Shown piece by piece: positions 1 through 14,326 of a DNA stretch of 64,000 bases; positions within the stretch are counted from its first letter, which is position 1; the number at the start of each line of letters is the position of its first letter. This DNA is from Okamejei kenojei. Its lineage: Eukaryota. A program made the translations under genes and the position numbers. Below the pieces are notes generated by a model that saw only the letters and a program-made list of their open reading frames with translations, was not told the DNA's origin and made no database searches. The stretch lies in assembly GCA_035221665.1 (NCBI GenBank), contig CM069158.1, positions 22,382,001-22,446,000 on the forward strand, written 5' to 3'.

Positions 1-1855
1 CCTCGTGAAGATATCGGTTGACCTGAGCTCCAACCGACAGGTGTCAGTGTACGTTAACGTCAAGTTCAGAAATTATTGGCAGAAATGCAGCAATGTCAAC
101 TCTGGGGCCTCGCTCACTGGAAACCCCGAGTGAAGGGAGTTTACAAGATGCAAACCGGCATCTGCACTTCCTTGTTTCTACATTACACCATAACCCATGT
201 TTATTTCCCCCCTAAAACTAAGAAAATCATTATTTCAGAAAAACTGTCGATTTCAGGACTGGAAGTCGGTTTGTCGTTTATTTTAAAATAATCCAATGTA
301 ACTTTTCACTGTGGAAGAGAAATGAACTACTGCGAACCGGGAATGTCAGATCTCCCCGGCTTTAGTTACACGCTTTTAGTTTGAATAGCCTGTCTCTAAT
401 AATTAAAAAGAACACCAATGGTGGGGGGAGGGGGGGGGGGGCGAAGCGAACTCAGCTGGTAAAATTATTAATGGATCAACACCTGAAATCTATAACCCTT
501 TGTTAAATTGCATCGCTTTTTTTTTGTTATGCGGGTCTAATTTGGGTTTACAGGGAGGGGCATTTAAATCGCTTTTTACTGTGATATTTCGCAGAAAGTT
601 GCTGATTTTTAAAAAAACACAGAAGTCCATTTTCCCGGTGTAAAATAATAGGATTGGAACAGAAATATACTGGAGAAAGAGCGGGTGTTGTAGTTGAGCG
701 AGATTCATCGCTCTCCGCTCGGAGTTTGCCACTAACCCGCGGTCCGCGACTCCCGCCCGCAGATCCTCGGGGCACTATTCTATCCGCCTTCTTCCTGGAA
801 TCCTTGTTCCAAAAAAACTATTTCACGAATTCTAAAATGTCAAGATTTAAATATAGTTGGATAAAACTTTTTTTTGTATTATTTTTGTATTATTAATCCT
901 CGCGTTCTAGAAATCTCAATGATTTCAAATCATCTTCATCGCTGAATATACATTTTATATAGAATTAAAAAATTCAAAGATAGCGAAAAATTGTGTTATT
1001 CGTAACACAAACACTAAACATTTCCATGCAAATGTTGAACATACTTTCATAGTTTATTCTGCTTCATCTGTGGTAAAACACGTTATAAAACACGATTTAA
1101 AACTGCCACGTCTTTTACTCGTTTACTCGGGGTTGCTGCGACTGTGAACTTCACATATTTTAATTTCTAAACACTCCAAGCACTGAATGGATGCGATGCA
1201 GCGGGGTTGCGGTGTCGTTAGCTTGGCCGAATGTGCACCAATTACACTAAATCCTTCATCCCACTCCAACCGTCTTACAATTAGTTTTCGGTCTCCAAAA
1301 TGCGACGAGGGTCATGTGCCCGCACTCGGACACTCTCTGGGAGCGATTCCTGCGGATTGTTGGAGCTACATTCTCATTCTTTGGAAGCGCTGGACCCTCT
1401 GCTCAACGTTCCCGTGCCTTACTCTGTCGCCGCTCTCAATTCTGCCTTCTCCTGGGGTAATACAAAGCGCTGAATGTATTCCCATTTCCAAAGATCAGAA
1501 CTTGTCCATATAGGCCGAAGTTTATAATAAGATTAAATAATTCTATTGAACTCGAACCTCGTACATTTTTTTTCTACAAAACGAATGTCCATATTTTAAT
1601 CCCAAAATCTTTTGTGTTAATCTGACGAAAACAAAACAATAAATAATCACAGTATGGGTTTGACATTTGCGTTAATTCGTTTATAAAAACATGATGTTTT
1701 TAACAATTACTTGAAAACAATCTAAAAATAATTTAATGATAGAATGATAGAAATTGAGCAGAATTGCAACTCAACACAGAATTTTCGAATGCCTTGTATT
1801 TGGTGAATTTCTCGCACTTTGTGTCTATTATTTTCATAAATTCACCAAATACAAC

Positions 1856-2732
1856 GGTCAGGCAACGTCTCCGGAGAAAAAATGAAGGGTGACGTTTCGG
1901 GTCGGGACCCTGCTTCAGTCTTACGAAAAGAAACCCCTGTCTTTTTTTAAAAAATTGAAATAATAGTGCGTTTTATCAATAATGGAATGAGAATGAAAAT
2001 CGTTAAATTCGCACAAAAATCATGCGTTGAGAACAGCGGTACCGCGGGTGTTCAGCGGGTCTCTGCACAGATTAACCTTTTTTCCGATTATATGACAACC
2101 CGCCCTATTCTAGATTAGTTAGTTTGAAAATTGCGACGTTTTTCTTAAAACAAATTTCTTCAGTAAAATTTCAAATGTCATTCGTGCAATTAGAAAGTGT
2201 CGCGACAAGGAGCTGCAGACTGGTTTTCAAACAAAAAGGCACAACATGCTAAAATAACTCAGCGGGTCAGCCAGCATCTCTGGAGATGTTTAGGGCCGGG
2301 ACCCATCTTCAGATTCATTGTGGTGGTGGGATGGGGGGGGGGGGGGGGGGGTGAAGTAGGAGAAAGCCTCGCAGGTGATACAGGTGAGGGCAAGGGGTTG
2401 ATGGGCAGATAGTTGGACAACGGCCAGAGATGAAAGGACAAAAGGTGTGAGATAAGGATTGAAGAAGTGAGAAATATTAAACCAGAGGAAGGAATTATAG
2501 TGTGGGGGGGGTAAAAACGGTGCGCGGAAAGAAACTGCAGATGCTGGTTTATACCGAAGATGGACACAACGTTACTAAGTGGGACTGGCAGCATCTCTGG
2601 AGAAAAAGGATGGGTGACGTTTTGTGTAGGAACCCTTCTTCAGACTGCAAAAAAAAGACTACACTTAAAAAAATGATTGATTGTAGTCTGATAACCTAAA
2701 ATTGGAGAATTCAATGTTCATACCGTTGGGTT
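1856..2732 (-). mobile_element. Cluster of Penelope-like fragments (about 1856-1920, 2205-2505, 2530-2648, 2698-2732)
   Basis: Repeated GGTGACGTTT(C)…CCCTTCTTCAG motif and tail; 2698-2730 reads PNGMNIEFSNF on the minus strand. Confidence 0.75.
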
Positions 2733-3767
2733 TTTACAAGTAGAAATTGTGTGGGAGCCTCAGACCCAGCCGATCAGAACTTCACACCGTGATCGTCCTT
2801 CGGCCCTGCGCCTTCCACCTGCCCCGCGCCACTCTCAAGCGGAACAGCCACACCCGTTACATAGACTCTCCAACTTTTCCGTGCCCAATAATTAATATTG
2901 TAACTGTTGAAGCATTTCAGGGGAGGGTTATTGGAGTATTTGCAAATATATAAATATGCTACTGTTCAGGTATAAATGTGCTACTGTAATATATATAAAG
3001 TGTTCGTGCACCGGTGTTTAAGGGGACATACCGCACATTTTCTAAAGCACAAGCAGAAACACATTGCGCTCCACAATGTGACTGGTTACTGTGAGTACCT
3101 GCTCCCGGCACCGTCCCCCCGCAGGTGAGATGACAATGTGACTTCACCTGGCCGGGACTGTCGCCGGGAAGCTTGGCTTTCAAGTTGCAGGGATGTCAAG
3201 TTGTGTCTAATGACCGCGGCTGCCGCCCCTGGGACTGAGCAAAGGCTGAGCACCGCCAGTCCACCCCCTCGAGGACTCTCGCACCAATTGATTTGACCTC
3301 CTGTTTTACAACCATTTAACGCCAGGGCGGTGAACAAGAAATGGGGCCAAGCTGGGGGGGAGGGGCTGAGAGCACGCTGCACTTCCGGACGGCCAGTGGC
3401 ATGGTCTGGTCTGGACACTGGGGACTAGCCGAAGGCACGAAGCGTGTAAGCAGCAGCTCACCTGGACACTGGGATTCACAAAAATACACGAAGTGCTGTA
3501 GTAATACCTAAAACGTGGATAGCTGACGTTTCTGGTCGGGATCCTTCAGCGGACTGGGATTAAATGAAGGCACGGGACACGTGGGCAGGGGCAGAGGCCC
3601 ACCTGAACACTGGCACCGATGTTTCAACACCCAGTCACAGAGAAATAACACAACGCAAAGTTCAGAGAACGTACGAAACAACTCTGTGTTTCTGGAACCC
3701 GAGACTGAGACTTACCGACAGCATTCAATCATCTATTTTCTTTAAATGAAACCAATCCACACATATT

Positions 3768-3958
3768 GTGTAAGAAGGAACTGCAGATGCTGGTTTAATT
3801 AGACTCAAAAAGCTGGAGTAACTCAGCGGGACAGGCAGCGTCCCTGGAGAGAAGGGATGGGTGACGTTTCGGGTTGAGTCCCAAGAAGAGGCTCAACCCA
3901 TTCCTCTCCAGAGGGGCTGCTTGCCCCGCCGAGTTATTCCAGCTTTTTGTATCTATCT
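3768..3958. mobile_element. Head-to-head (palindromic) Penelope-derived element
   Basis: Arms about 3800-3862 and 3897-3955 are imperfect reverse complements of the same family tail. Confidence 0.8.
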
Positions 3959-6900
3959 TCAACACACACATATTAGTCTGTTCTACAGGTTTAACATAAT
4001 TGCAGCGCTCAGCAGGTTCAGTGGTAAAAGAGTCCCGTATCCTGGCACTAAACTATCACTTCTCTCGAGGGGACATTTCCATTTTATTTTAGAAGAATGT
4101 GAGAGGAATTGGGAGCAAGTTCACATACAATCGGATATCTTCGAATTTAACATTGTATATTTCCGTTTAGAAATACATTCCAACGCACCAAGCCATCATG
4201 AGAGAAGTTTGAAAAGTATAGAAATATATTGAAATGCTTGAAGCATCGTGAGGTGACCCCGACAGACTTAAAATCTGTGCAATATATGTGATCGGTTTAA
4301 AGTCTGGATCAGGCCCTGTTTAAAGGCGAGTTCTGTACACACAGGCCCATTGGCGCTTAACGTTACCGCATTAGCTCTTTCCTGCACTCAAACCCTCGTT
4401 TCTCCTTATTTTTGTGACCAATAGAACTGGGCTGACAAAAATAGGGGCACGTATCAGGGATAAATTCCCTGCACATGTAACCCTAACCTAGGCCTACCTT
4501 AGAGAATCACAAGTGTTTCTTTGTACCGTATGTCGGGCTCTATTGAAAAGTGGCCGCTCTGAAGTAAATGTCAAATTCGCCGCTATATTTGATGTTGGGT
4601 CACGCTGATACACATTCGGTGGCGCCGACAAGAATTTATCATATGTGTAAAAGATTTCCCATCCCATTCTCTATCCCAATGTAATTGAGTGCGTTTTTTA
4701 GAAGATAAACACAATTGTTCTGTGTTAAGTGTAAATTAAGTGCCTTGCTGCAAGACACCGATATATCCGTGGTTTACAACCACTAAAATAAAATTTAATT
4801 AATCAGTCACCCATGGCTTTTGTCTTATTCCGAGAGGTGCGGAGTTATTTTAAATATTTTTAGGCCAGTTTACACATTCTCGTTAAAATCGCATCTCAAT
4901 TATTTTTCTTTAAACATATCATTCTATAAAATTGCGAGCTTGATTTCAGTTTGAAAAAAAAAACAGGGACGAGGATTTGCTACGTATCTGAAATGTTATT
5001 TTGAACTTGACTTTCAGGGGAGCGAGTGTTTTACAAACCTCCCCTCGGCAGTAGGTTCGTCAAACCTGCACCATTTCAAGGTCACTTCATTTTTCGATAT
5101 TTTGACGCTCTTCGGCGGTACGTTGTTCGACCCGCTTCCTCCTCCATCCCCGTTAAAATCGGCACTGAACAAGCGCTGGTCCAGGAGCCCAGAGCTAAAA
5201 GGACAAGATTTTTTAATCGACTGAAAAAAAAAAAACAATTCTCTTTCGGAAATTCTCAATTTTGATCGCAACATTTCCCTCTCGGGAAAATGGTTACGAG
5301 GCACAAATAAAATTAGACTTCTACAATGAATGACCCGCTCCTCGCCCTTGCAGGGGGAAGTCCACAGGTAAAGTGCCATTAGGTCCATCGTTGCCCTGAT
5401 CCAACTGCCCGGGGTCCAGGTCCCCACAAGGGCTGCCTGCAACTCAAGTTAAGGAAGTGTTCGCCGTTTACACACCCGCATTGTCGCATTAGCACCGATG
5501 AAGAATATAGTTCGATGTTTCATGCAGGCTTGGGTCAAATTTTCACTCTCCAATCTTGTATTTATAATAAGTTTCCAATTTCAAGTATTATCGAGAGGTC
5601 GGGTTGTATTGAAATGGATGAAATGGGTATGGTGGGGTAGGGGGGCAGGAGTGGAACAGCGAGCCCCTGGATCGGGACATTTCTCTCAAACACCTCTATT
5701 GAAATCCGATGTGTGATATTTTAATTTAGCATTAACGTGCGCTGAGGATGTAAAACGGGTTCCATTTCTGGGGTTTGCTGATTGAAACATTCTCCCATCC
5801 TTGCGGCAAAGATCACAGATATTCCTCCATTAGACATTCCTTCAACGTGCAGGGCACGCAAAAAATATCCTAAAATATATAAACGTTCGCCGTGTAACGG
5901 GGCGGTAAAAGACGTTTGAACTTCCACGCACACTGACGCAAACGCGTAATCACAAACGCGGCGAATTTTTGGGAAGATTTCTCCTACCGTGGCTGAAATC
6001 ATAATTTGCATTAAAATATCGTCCTTTAAAAAAAAAACCCTCTTGTGTTGCTTGCAGTCGGGGCTTGTTGCACCGCCCGCGGGGTTTGGGGGGAATACGC
6101 TGGTAGCCAACAGCAAGGTACAGAGACAGTCAGAGATACGTCTGTCTTTAACCTCACGTCGGGCAACGTGACCCAAAGCTCCGCTTCCAATGCTCTCTGT
6201 CTGCCTTGTTGGAGCAAGCCTATCTCACTCAGTGTGATCTCGGCGGCAGATTGTGCAGGTTCCCCTCACCCATGCCCCAGCACGAGAGAAGGAGGTTAGG
6301 AGGAGATGGGGGGTTGGGGGGAGTAGGCAGTGAGAAAGGCAAATACATGTTGTACAGGCTCGCCAGGGGACAGCCAGCCCGGCTGCATCGCTACAGCGAT
6401 AGAGCGAATTGTAGCTGGATCCCGGCTGTGAGCGGCTGTGTGTGTGCGCGCTGTTTTAAAGAGCAATTGTATTTATCTGAAGGTAGTACCAGGTGATGAG
6501 GAATTGCAAAGGTAGCTCGGACGGTGGCCGACAGAGAGAGAGAGAGAGGGAGAGAGTGAATGAGTGAATATGAGAGAACCAGAGGCGGGGGGTGGCGTCT
6601 CCACATGTCCAGGACGTGCCATCCGATCTCTGCTTCATTAACGCGCTGCCAACTGTTGGGATTAATATACAAAGCAGATTATGCAGACAGGAGCGCGCTC
6701 TCATGGTGAATGCTTCTGCCAGTTGAAGTCTCGGAAGAGAACATCTATCGCGCCACGTCTTCCCATCCACATCCGCGAGGACATGTTGGCGCATATTTCA
6801 TTTCCACCCAAACGAGTGTGCAGTGTAAGGCGTGAAGGGAGAGAGGAAATCTGATCCCGCAGAGAGCGAACAATGGGCATCACTTCACCCGGACAATGAA

Positions 6901-9900
6901 TTGCCAGTTTGGCTGCTTGTATTTCTGGACACGTCCACAGCGGTTTGGATTCCAGCGCGGACTCCCAGAGACCTGGGACAAGTTGTGTGAGAAAATGTGA
7001 GGGAGCCGAGGAGGGGTGGGTGTCGTGGGCGAGCGGCGGAGTTGCATCTCTTGTCTACTTTCTGCCCCCACTTTGGGCATCTGTCGAACTCGGCCACGGA
7101 AAAAGAGACCTAAAACAAGACAAACAAGATCACCTGTCGCGGTAGGAACACGCCGACTCGATCAAGGATGCCCAGTCTTCATTCAATGACCTGCGAGGAA
7201 CGAGAACTCGTGGCCGTAAGATCACATTCGTCAAAATCATGTGAGTAACACGAGCTTTTTCTTCGTTAAGTCTCAAATTTGAAGGAACATGAAGGATGGA
7301 GGGCGGGGGGGGGGGGGGGGGGGGGTGGAGAAAGTGATATTGACCTGAGCTGTTCTGAGCTGATTACTTCATTTGGGAAACTGCAATCAGACTCAGGCGG
7401 AGAGCATTTAGGAATTGAGCGAAAAAGATCAGCAATATCCTAGCAGCGAAAGTTTATCACGGGTCTGGTTATTTGCCGGTAAATACTCGGGGGGGTAGAA
7501 CATTGAGTTATTTCTGCATGGGCAAATATCTCAACATTTTTTTTTGTCAAAGCGCGGAATTTCTGCTCAAGCGGCACAGAAACGAGCAAAGGCCCAAAAA
7601 ACTTGTGTCGTTGGCAAACCCCAGTTGTCTTAATAATCACCAGTTCATGGGAAAATTCCGCTGAGGCCCTTGCTCTGCGCTAGCGTGACACCAGAACCCG
7701 TTGTCCGGCCAAATTCAATTCTGACAGACGCATTATTATGTTAATATCATCCTCTGTGCTGTTGAACTTGATTTTGACTTCCTCCATTGCCAACGATTTT
7801 TTGCGGTCACTTGCTTGTTAAGAAGAGAGAGATAAAAAAAAAAGCCCCCACTCTCCTGGGAGTAGCGTGTGAAATTAAAATATTCTGAATCAGTCCTGTC
7901 CTTTTATAATCAAGTGTGTGTCTGTGTCTGGGTGGAGGGAGGAGGGGCAGGAAAGGGAGGAATGGGTTGGACAACATTTGTAAAGGCATCAAGTCTGTCT
8001 GCACCGTTTTGAAGGCAAGCATTCAGATAATGGAGTAAGGAGAACGTAACATTTCAAACTGAAATCTGTGCGCTAGCCAGCGAAATGTGGAGTCTGGGGG
8101 TGTGTGTGGACGGTCTGTGTTAAAGTTACACCGCATTTGACCAGTGCCCCATTTATTCAAGCCGACGGCCACCGTCACATTGTGACCGGCAAAAATCTTT
8201 CACCGGCCAAACATCTCTCTTCTGAAATGCGAATCTCCATTATACCCTGCACCAGAAGGTAAGATCATTGGCGGGAGTATGTAAAACGGAATTGGCCGAA
8301 TTAATACAATCTAACAAAGGTAGCAAATGTGATGCACGCCTCGTCCTAAAAAGGTGTTTTCGGCCGTGGAACGGCAGCGTCGTGTTATCGCCACGGCAGA
8401 CTGGCCCCGATTGCAAGCTTCTTAATCGGGATTACACTTTACCCCAGCTCCCGTTATTGAACGGGGGTTTTCACAATTGTACCCCATCATGCTCTCCGTG
8501 TAACATGTTTCCAATTATCCACCAGTCCACCCATGCGTTTCTCGATCTACCGTCTATGTTTCCTTAAATGTATCTGCGTGCACATGTGTGTGTGCACAGG
8601 GCACTTATAGACACGGTATATTGTGTGCGTTAATTGCAGAGAGAAGGGGGGAGATATTTAAGCACACATTTGTTCACACACGTAGGTCTGGTGTAACTCG
8701 TTGAAGATACTGCAGAACATAACGTTTGTAGGGGAACCTTTGGCTTACCCGCTGGCGCAGATCGGTGGGCCTTATTGAAGGAGGTTTGATCCTAGATTTT
8801 AGCACAAACTCAAAGGATGTAAAACTTTGCGAGCTGGCCCACTCTCTCCACCAAGATTTAAAGGATTATTGATTATTAAATTACAACCCCTCCCTTCGCA
8901 GACCTTAGCCTAGCCCAGTGCTGGTCTGATCCTTGAGACCGGGGCCACGTTACTCCAGCAGACACCGAGAAACATGCTTTACTTTGGCGGTGTGTGGAGA
9001 TCGGCAGCCGGATTTAAAACTATATTTCACCAGAGATTAAATTATACCCGGCGAATATAAGAATCGACATTACTGGGGATATTCGGGATATTCTCCTCCT
9101 ATAATAAATATGTGAGAGAGTAAACCAGAGACCATTTCCTGATAAACTAAACACAAGGCGCTGTATTTTCTGCGTGTGTTTTTAGAGTTCAATAAGACAA
9201 AGGTACAATATTAGACAATTACCGTCAGGATAAGGCTGATATACTCCCCCGGTCCCCCTCCCATTTGAGAATGTAAACCCTCATAAACTGGCCAACAAAA
9301 CAGAAGCGACATAGGCATGTTTGCGGGCCTGTTACAGAGAATTACAAGCACTTGCATAGTCTCTTGGTTTCTCTCTCATTTCATGTTAATCGCTTGAGAT
9401 GCTCTTATTTACTGTTAGAATATATATATAACTCTCCTATATTTTGTCACCGTGTGCTCACGCCAAAGGCTTGACTCGAGATATCAACGGGAATAAAGGC
9501 GGAACATAGAACTTTCCCTCAGCTGCAGAAACAATGATATTTTAAAATATTATTTGACACCGCTGAGACCTCGGGATATAGATACGGTGTCTGCGCTGAG
9601 GCAGAGTAGTTGTATCCTCCTGTTCAAATACACTGGCCTGGCATGGTGTTCGATATAAAACTGACCCCCCAGTTTAAGACAACGACGCCTCCAGGTTAAA
9701 CTATGCAAACCCCGGACAAAAGGTGGGAGTTCGGAGTGAGAATAGACACGGAGAAAACGACGAGACGCACCTTTCACGTATTTACTGCTGTATATTTCTG
9801 CGTGGACCCAGAGAAGTGCACATGAGGCAGCGAGGAAGAGGGAGATTGGGAGAATTACAAATCTAAATGGTTGCATCCTTGATTTTATTTGTAAACAATA

Positions 9901-12477
9901 TTGTTTATAATTGACCCACCTATAGAAAAAAAAGTGAAACATTCCTATTTTATCAATTATATTAAATTTACATTAATCCGGCCTACCCTTTGTCAATGTT
10001 CCCCTTTTCCATTGACGAATCCTTATAAGAGGTGGGAAGCCGCTTCCCTCCTCATCGACAATGTGTGTTCCTGCTAACACATGTTAAACTTGGCGATAAA
10101 TGTCCCTTCCCTCCCGGCGCAGCACCACACTAATCTAAACTAACTGGGAAACCCCGGCGCCAAGATAACGTATAAACATCTTAATACAGGATGGGAACGA
10201 GATCACCACTGTTCCAGTACAATATAATCCGCTGTTCTGGATATCAGCTTCCTGACTTAAACCACCGCTAGCTCACCTCCCACCCGATCAACGTTCAGTT
10301 TAAATTAATTTCAATTAGATTTTTTGAGGGACTCCGCACTTTCGCTCCCAGCACATTCGGTGCCAGCGAATGTCCCGTATCCCGGCCACATTGCACTGTC
10401 ACGCAGCCTTTCTTAAGAGCTTCGAAGTGTTCACCATTAACCTGGCATTTCACTGCTTGTGACATTTATAAGCTTCACCGTTGCTGCAGCAAGTCCCTCG
10501 ACCACGGACGATGTGTATAATGATACCTTTCCCAAAAATGTCAAGCACTTAGTTCACCTGTGGAACTAAGATGTCCACTCAACCATTGGAGCTGCTTATT
10601 CAATGTATAAGAGGGATTATTCCTATATCTCTTTAGTGCAACTGCCCACCCCATTTGTTAACGGGTGGGGTGAGAGAGAGAGAGAGAGGGAATGCATCTG
10701 AATGTCTTCATGTGTATATAAATGGGAGGGGGCAGGAGGACGCGTGAGTGTGTGCCTTGTACATATATGTGAGTGGACGTGTTTGTGACAGGGTAAAAGC
10801 GGCGCGATAAGATATTTATAGCTGTCCAGTTGTGTCAGAAACTCTGAGCATGTTGTCGTGAAATGTATTAGCCGTTCACTTTTTCCATGTCAAATATGTA
10901 TTTTTTTTAAATATATATTTGTTACACGTGTTTGCTAGGGACGAAAGGCGAGAGACAATCGTGCGTTGCAAGCGGTTGGTAGTTCCAGGCATATCTGGAG
11001 AAAATGTAGACTTTGCATTGAGATAGGAGTAGCAAATGTAACCCGAATTTGTTGTTCATAAATGATGCCTATATATCTGTGTTTTACACAAGCAGTGTGC
11101 GATTTCCATGCCTATAATCCGTATATGCACAGATGGAGATTTAGCATCTGATGGGTTTGTTAATCCGGGTGTAAACGGGTGGATTATCAGCGTGAGTCTC
11201 GTCCGGCCAATTTGCGATATCATCGCTCGCCTGCCCAGGGTTCTGAGGATTAGAATATATGAGATTTAAACGACTTGATTCCCTTAAAGATGACACTTGC
11301 TTCGTTTCCTGGAATGTATTCAAAATCACATGCCCCAAACTCATTTCGTTTCGAATATTTTAGAAGGTTGACTGGAACCATTTAACGAGGTGCGTATGGC
11401 CCAGGTCGCGTTATTTCTCCGGGTTCGCCCAGCCGTGGTACCGTGAAGGTCAGTGGTTTATGAGTCCTCGCTAAAGAAAGTTTCTCTGAAGCGGCGACAT
11501 TTCTCTCTCCTCGCCCTCGCCCCTCAGTTCGGGCGCGCCCGAGCTTCAACACGACCATTAGTTTGAGATGAATCAAGTGCATTTCAATCGACCTCGGTTG
11601 GGCTACGCCTGGGACTGACGGAGAAGACTGGGTTCCGGGGCAGACCCAGTCCCTTCACTTGATCGGATCGGCTCAGGTTCACAGATCATGCGGCAGATCA
11701 TCACAGATCATCCGTAGCCGAATTGATCTTGAGGCCCAGACGCCGCAGTGGCGGTGATTCCTCCAGTCACAGGCTCTTACGGGTGCTGGTCGCAGATAGG
11801 GCGGCATTTAATCAGCTCCAGCAGTCTATGGCTATCAGATGGCTGGCCCAAGAGGGAGGCAACCGGAGTGAAGAGTGCAGAACACGTTGAGGGTTGTTTT
11901 ATGAAGTCAGGAAACATAACGATGGTCAAGAATTAACTAAAGAAGTCCGAACTTCAGAACCTGCGACGTGGTTAAGGATCAGTGGACTATTTGGCAGCTG
12001 GTCTGCAACAGAGTAGGGTCTTTGGAAGGGCGAATGAATGAATGGCCGGGTGCCGGGCCGTGCGCGCAGTGTAAGGTAAGGATGTGCGTGGGATTGACTC
12101 CGCACCTCCTGCCGCCGGCCGACAGCCAGTCTGGGGGCAGATACACCGTTGGTGATCATGAGAGGAGATGTTGGAAAGCAAACGGCAGTTATGAAGACCT
12201 ACTGGACAGTCGTCAGTAAATCCAGTGCTCAGCTCAGGAGTAATGCCTCAGCCCAGAGAGTTGCGAAAGAATGTGACACAGCGAGTGGTCGCGCCGAACA
12301 GGTCAGAGGCATGGATGTGGGAGGGGGGGGGGGGGGGGGGGGGGAGGGGGGAGGGTAACACGAGGGATACGGGGATCTGCCGATGAGAGGGGGCTGGTGG
12401 GAGGGGCGCGGAACTCTATGTGTTTCCCGCCAGCCGTCTCCTAGAAAGTTCTCGTGTATTCTGGCAAAGAAGATTGG

Positions 12478-12565
12478 AAGGCACAGAGTGTTGGAGCAAC
12501 TGAGCGGGTCAGTCAGCATCTCTGGAGAACACGGATAGGTGACGTTTCGGATCATGACCCTTCTA
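12478..12565 (-). mobile_element. Solo Penelope-derived hammerhead-tail fragment (other copies near 3485-3552, 14033-14080, 16085-16220, 16611-16680, 38555-38700, 48968-49060, 53544-53706)
   Basis: Same family motif GGATAGGTGACGTTTCGG…GACCCTTCT and tail as the copies above. Confidence 0.7.
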
Positions 12566-13194
12566 ATAGAATATTTCCGGATGTTCATTGCGCGCCGTAC
12601 ACACCAGTCTAGGCTAGCGTTACACATTGCAGACTTCATACAAGCTAAATCTGGCCTGGTCTGACACACGTGAAGAAATGAACTGGATTATTGAACTCAA
12701 TCAATGTCCCCCCGTGCACCTGCGAGTGAACCTCCGTTCAATATCCGATCGGATATTTTTAATTCGGGATAACTTTTTTTTTCTGGAAAGCCTTGCAGAA
12801 AGTCAATGGTTGGATGGTACTTTAATTGTCCCATGTACCACGGCGCAGTAAAATTCATTTTTGTATACAGTTAGGTGGGTATTTATAGAGTGTGTGTTTG
12901 GCAGATTCGCCTGCTTGAGAACGTGTTCAGCCTCTCTTTAGACGAGAGCAGTCCTGCCCGCGGTGTCCGAATAGTTTCCCTCTCCCCAGTCACACCCTCA
13001 CTCCCATAGTTCAGCTGGGCCAATTCTAAAAGACACGTGTTAATGTTAAACGTTTAAATACATTTCTAGTTATTATTCTCAACTTGTCTGCTTCGTTAGT
13101 AAATCTTGCATGGTTTCGAATTATAATTCACAGATGTAACCGTGTACAGCGAAACGGTGTACAGTTTTGATCACCGGCTGTAGCAAAGAGTCTT

Positions 13195-13655
13195 TATGAT
13201 GGAAAGTGTGCAAAGAGTTTTTCAGAATGTTGCCAACACTCGAGGGCCTGAGTTATAGCGAGAGATTGGACAGGCTAGGATTTTACTCATTGAAGCTCAG
13301 GGGGTGATCTTATAGAGGTGTATACGGTCGAGGGGCGTAAATACGGTGAGTAGCTACAGCCCAGGGAAGGGGAATAGAAAAAAACTAGAGGACATGCGTT
13401 TAAGATGAGAGGGAATGATTTAATGGTAACTCGCGGAAGAACTTCCTCACGCTGGATGTGGCGGGTGTGTGGGACGCGCTGCCAGAGGAAGTGCTTGAGG
13501 CAGATTCTATGATGACACTGAAAAGGCACTTTGACAGGTGCGTGGATAGGAGAAATGTACAGGGTGTGGGCTAAACGTGGGCAAATGGGACGACATGGGC
13601 ATTTTGATCGGCATGGCCGAGTTGGGCCGAAGGGCCTGTTTTCCCGTTTTGACGC
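13195..13655 (+). mobile_element. CR1-like LINE 3' fragment
   Basis: Degenerate ORF2 C-terminus (GLSYSERLDRLG) and 3' tail GGGCCGAAGGGCCTGTTT. Confidence 0.85.
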
Positions 13656-14179
13656 TGCGTTTTTTCCATGTATCAGCGTGTAGGGAAAGGAGATAATCAG
13701 ACGAAGGCCATCGATCTCTTCAAAACCAGTGGAAATGTTGTATGGAATCGGTTGTCTTTTAAATACATCTGTTAACCCGTAATTCGGTAGAATTTGTAAT
13801 GGCGTAAGGTGTGACCTGTGATTCATCATATTTGGCGATTGGCCTTTCCGATTGAGGGGTGTAACCGTGTGCTGAACAAACTATAATGCACAGGGGGCTT
13901 GGACACGTGCAAACATCAACAAGCAGACTTTTAATATTATAAAATAAATGCTTTTAGACATCTCTTAACATCTCCCTCAGATAAAGTTCTCCCAATCATA
14001 TCTCTCGTGATCCTTTCGCTTCTTGACTCTCCGTCTGAAGAAGGGTCTCGACCCAAAACGTCACCTATTCCTTTTTTCCACCCTCTCACCTCTGTGCACT
14101 GCTTCTTACAATGAAATACGTTTGAAATGTGCTCTCCCTCTCTCTCTCTCCCACTCACTTATATACCCACACATCTCTC

Positions 14180-14326
14180 NNNNNNNNNNNNNNNNNNNNN
14201 NNNNNNNNNNNNNNNNNNNNNNNNNNNNNNNNNNNNNNNNNNNNNNNNNNNNNNNNNNNNNNNNNNNNNNNNNNNNNNNNNNNNNNNNNNNNNNNNNNNN
14301 NNNNNNNNNNNNNNNNNNNNNNNNNN
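14180..14326. other. Assembly gap
   Basis: Run of N. Confidence 1.
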
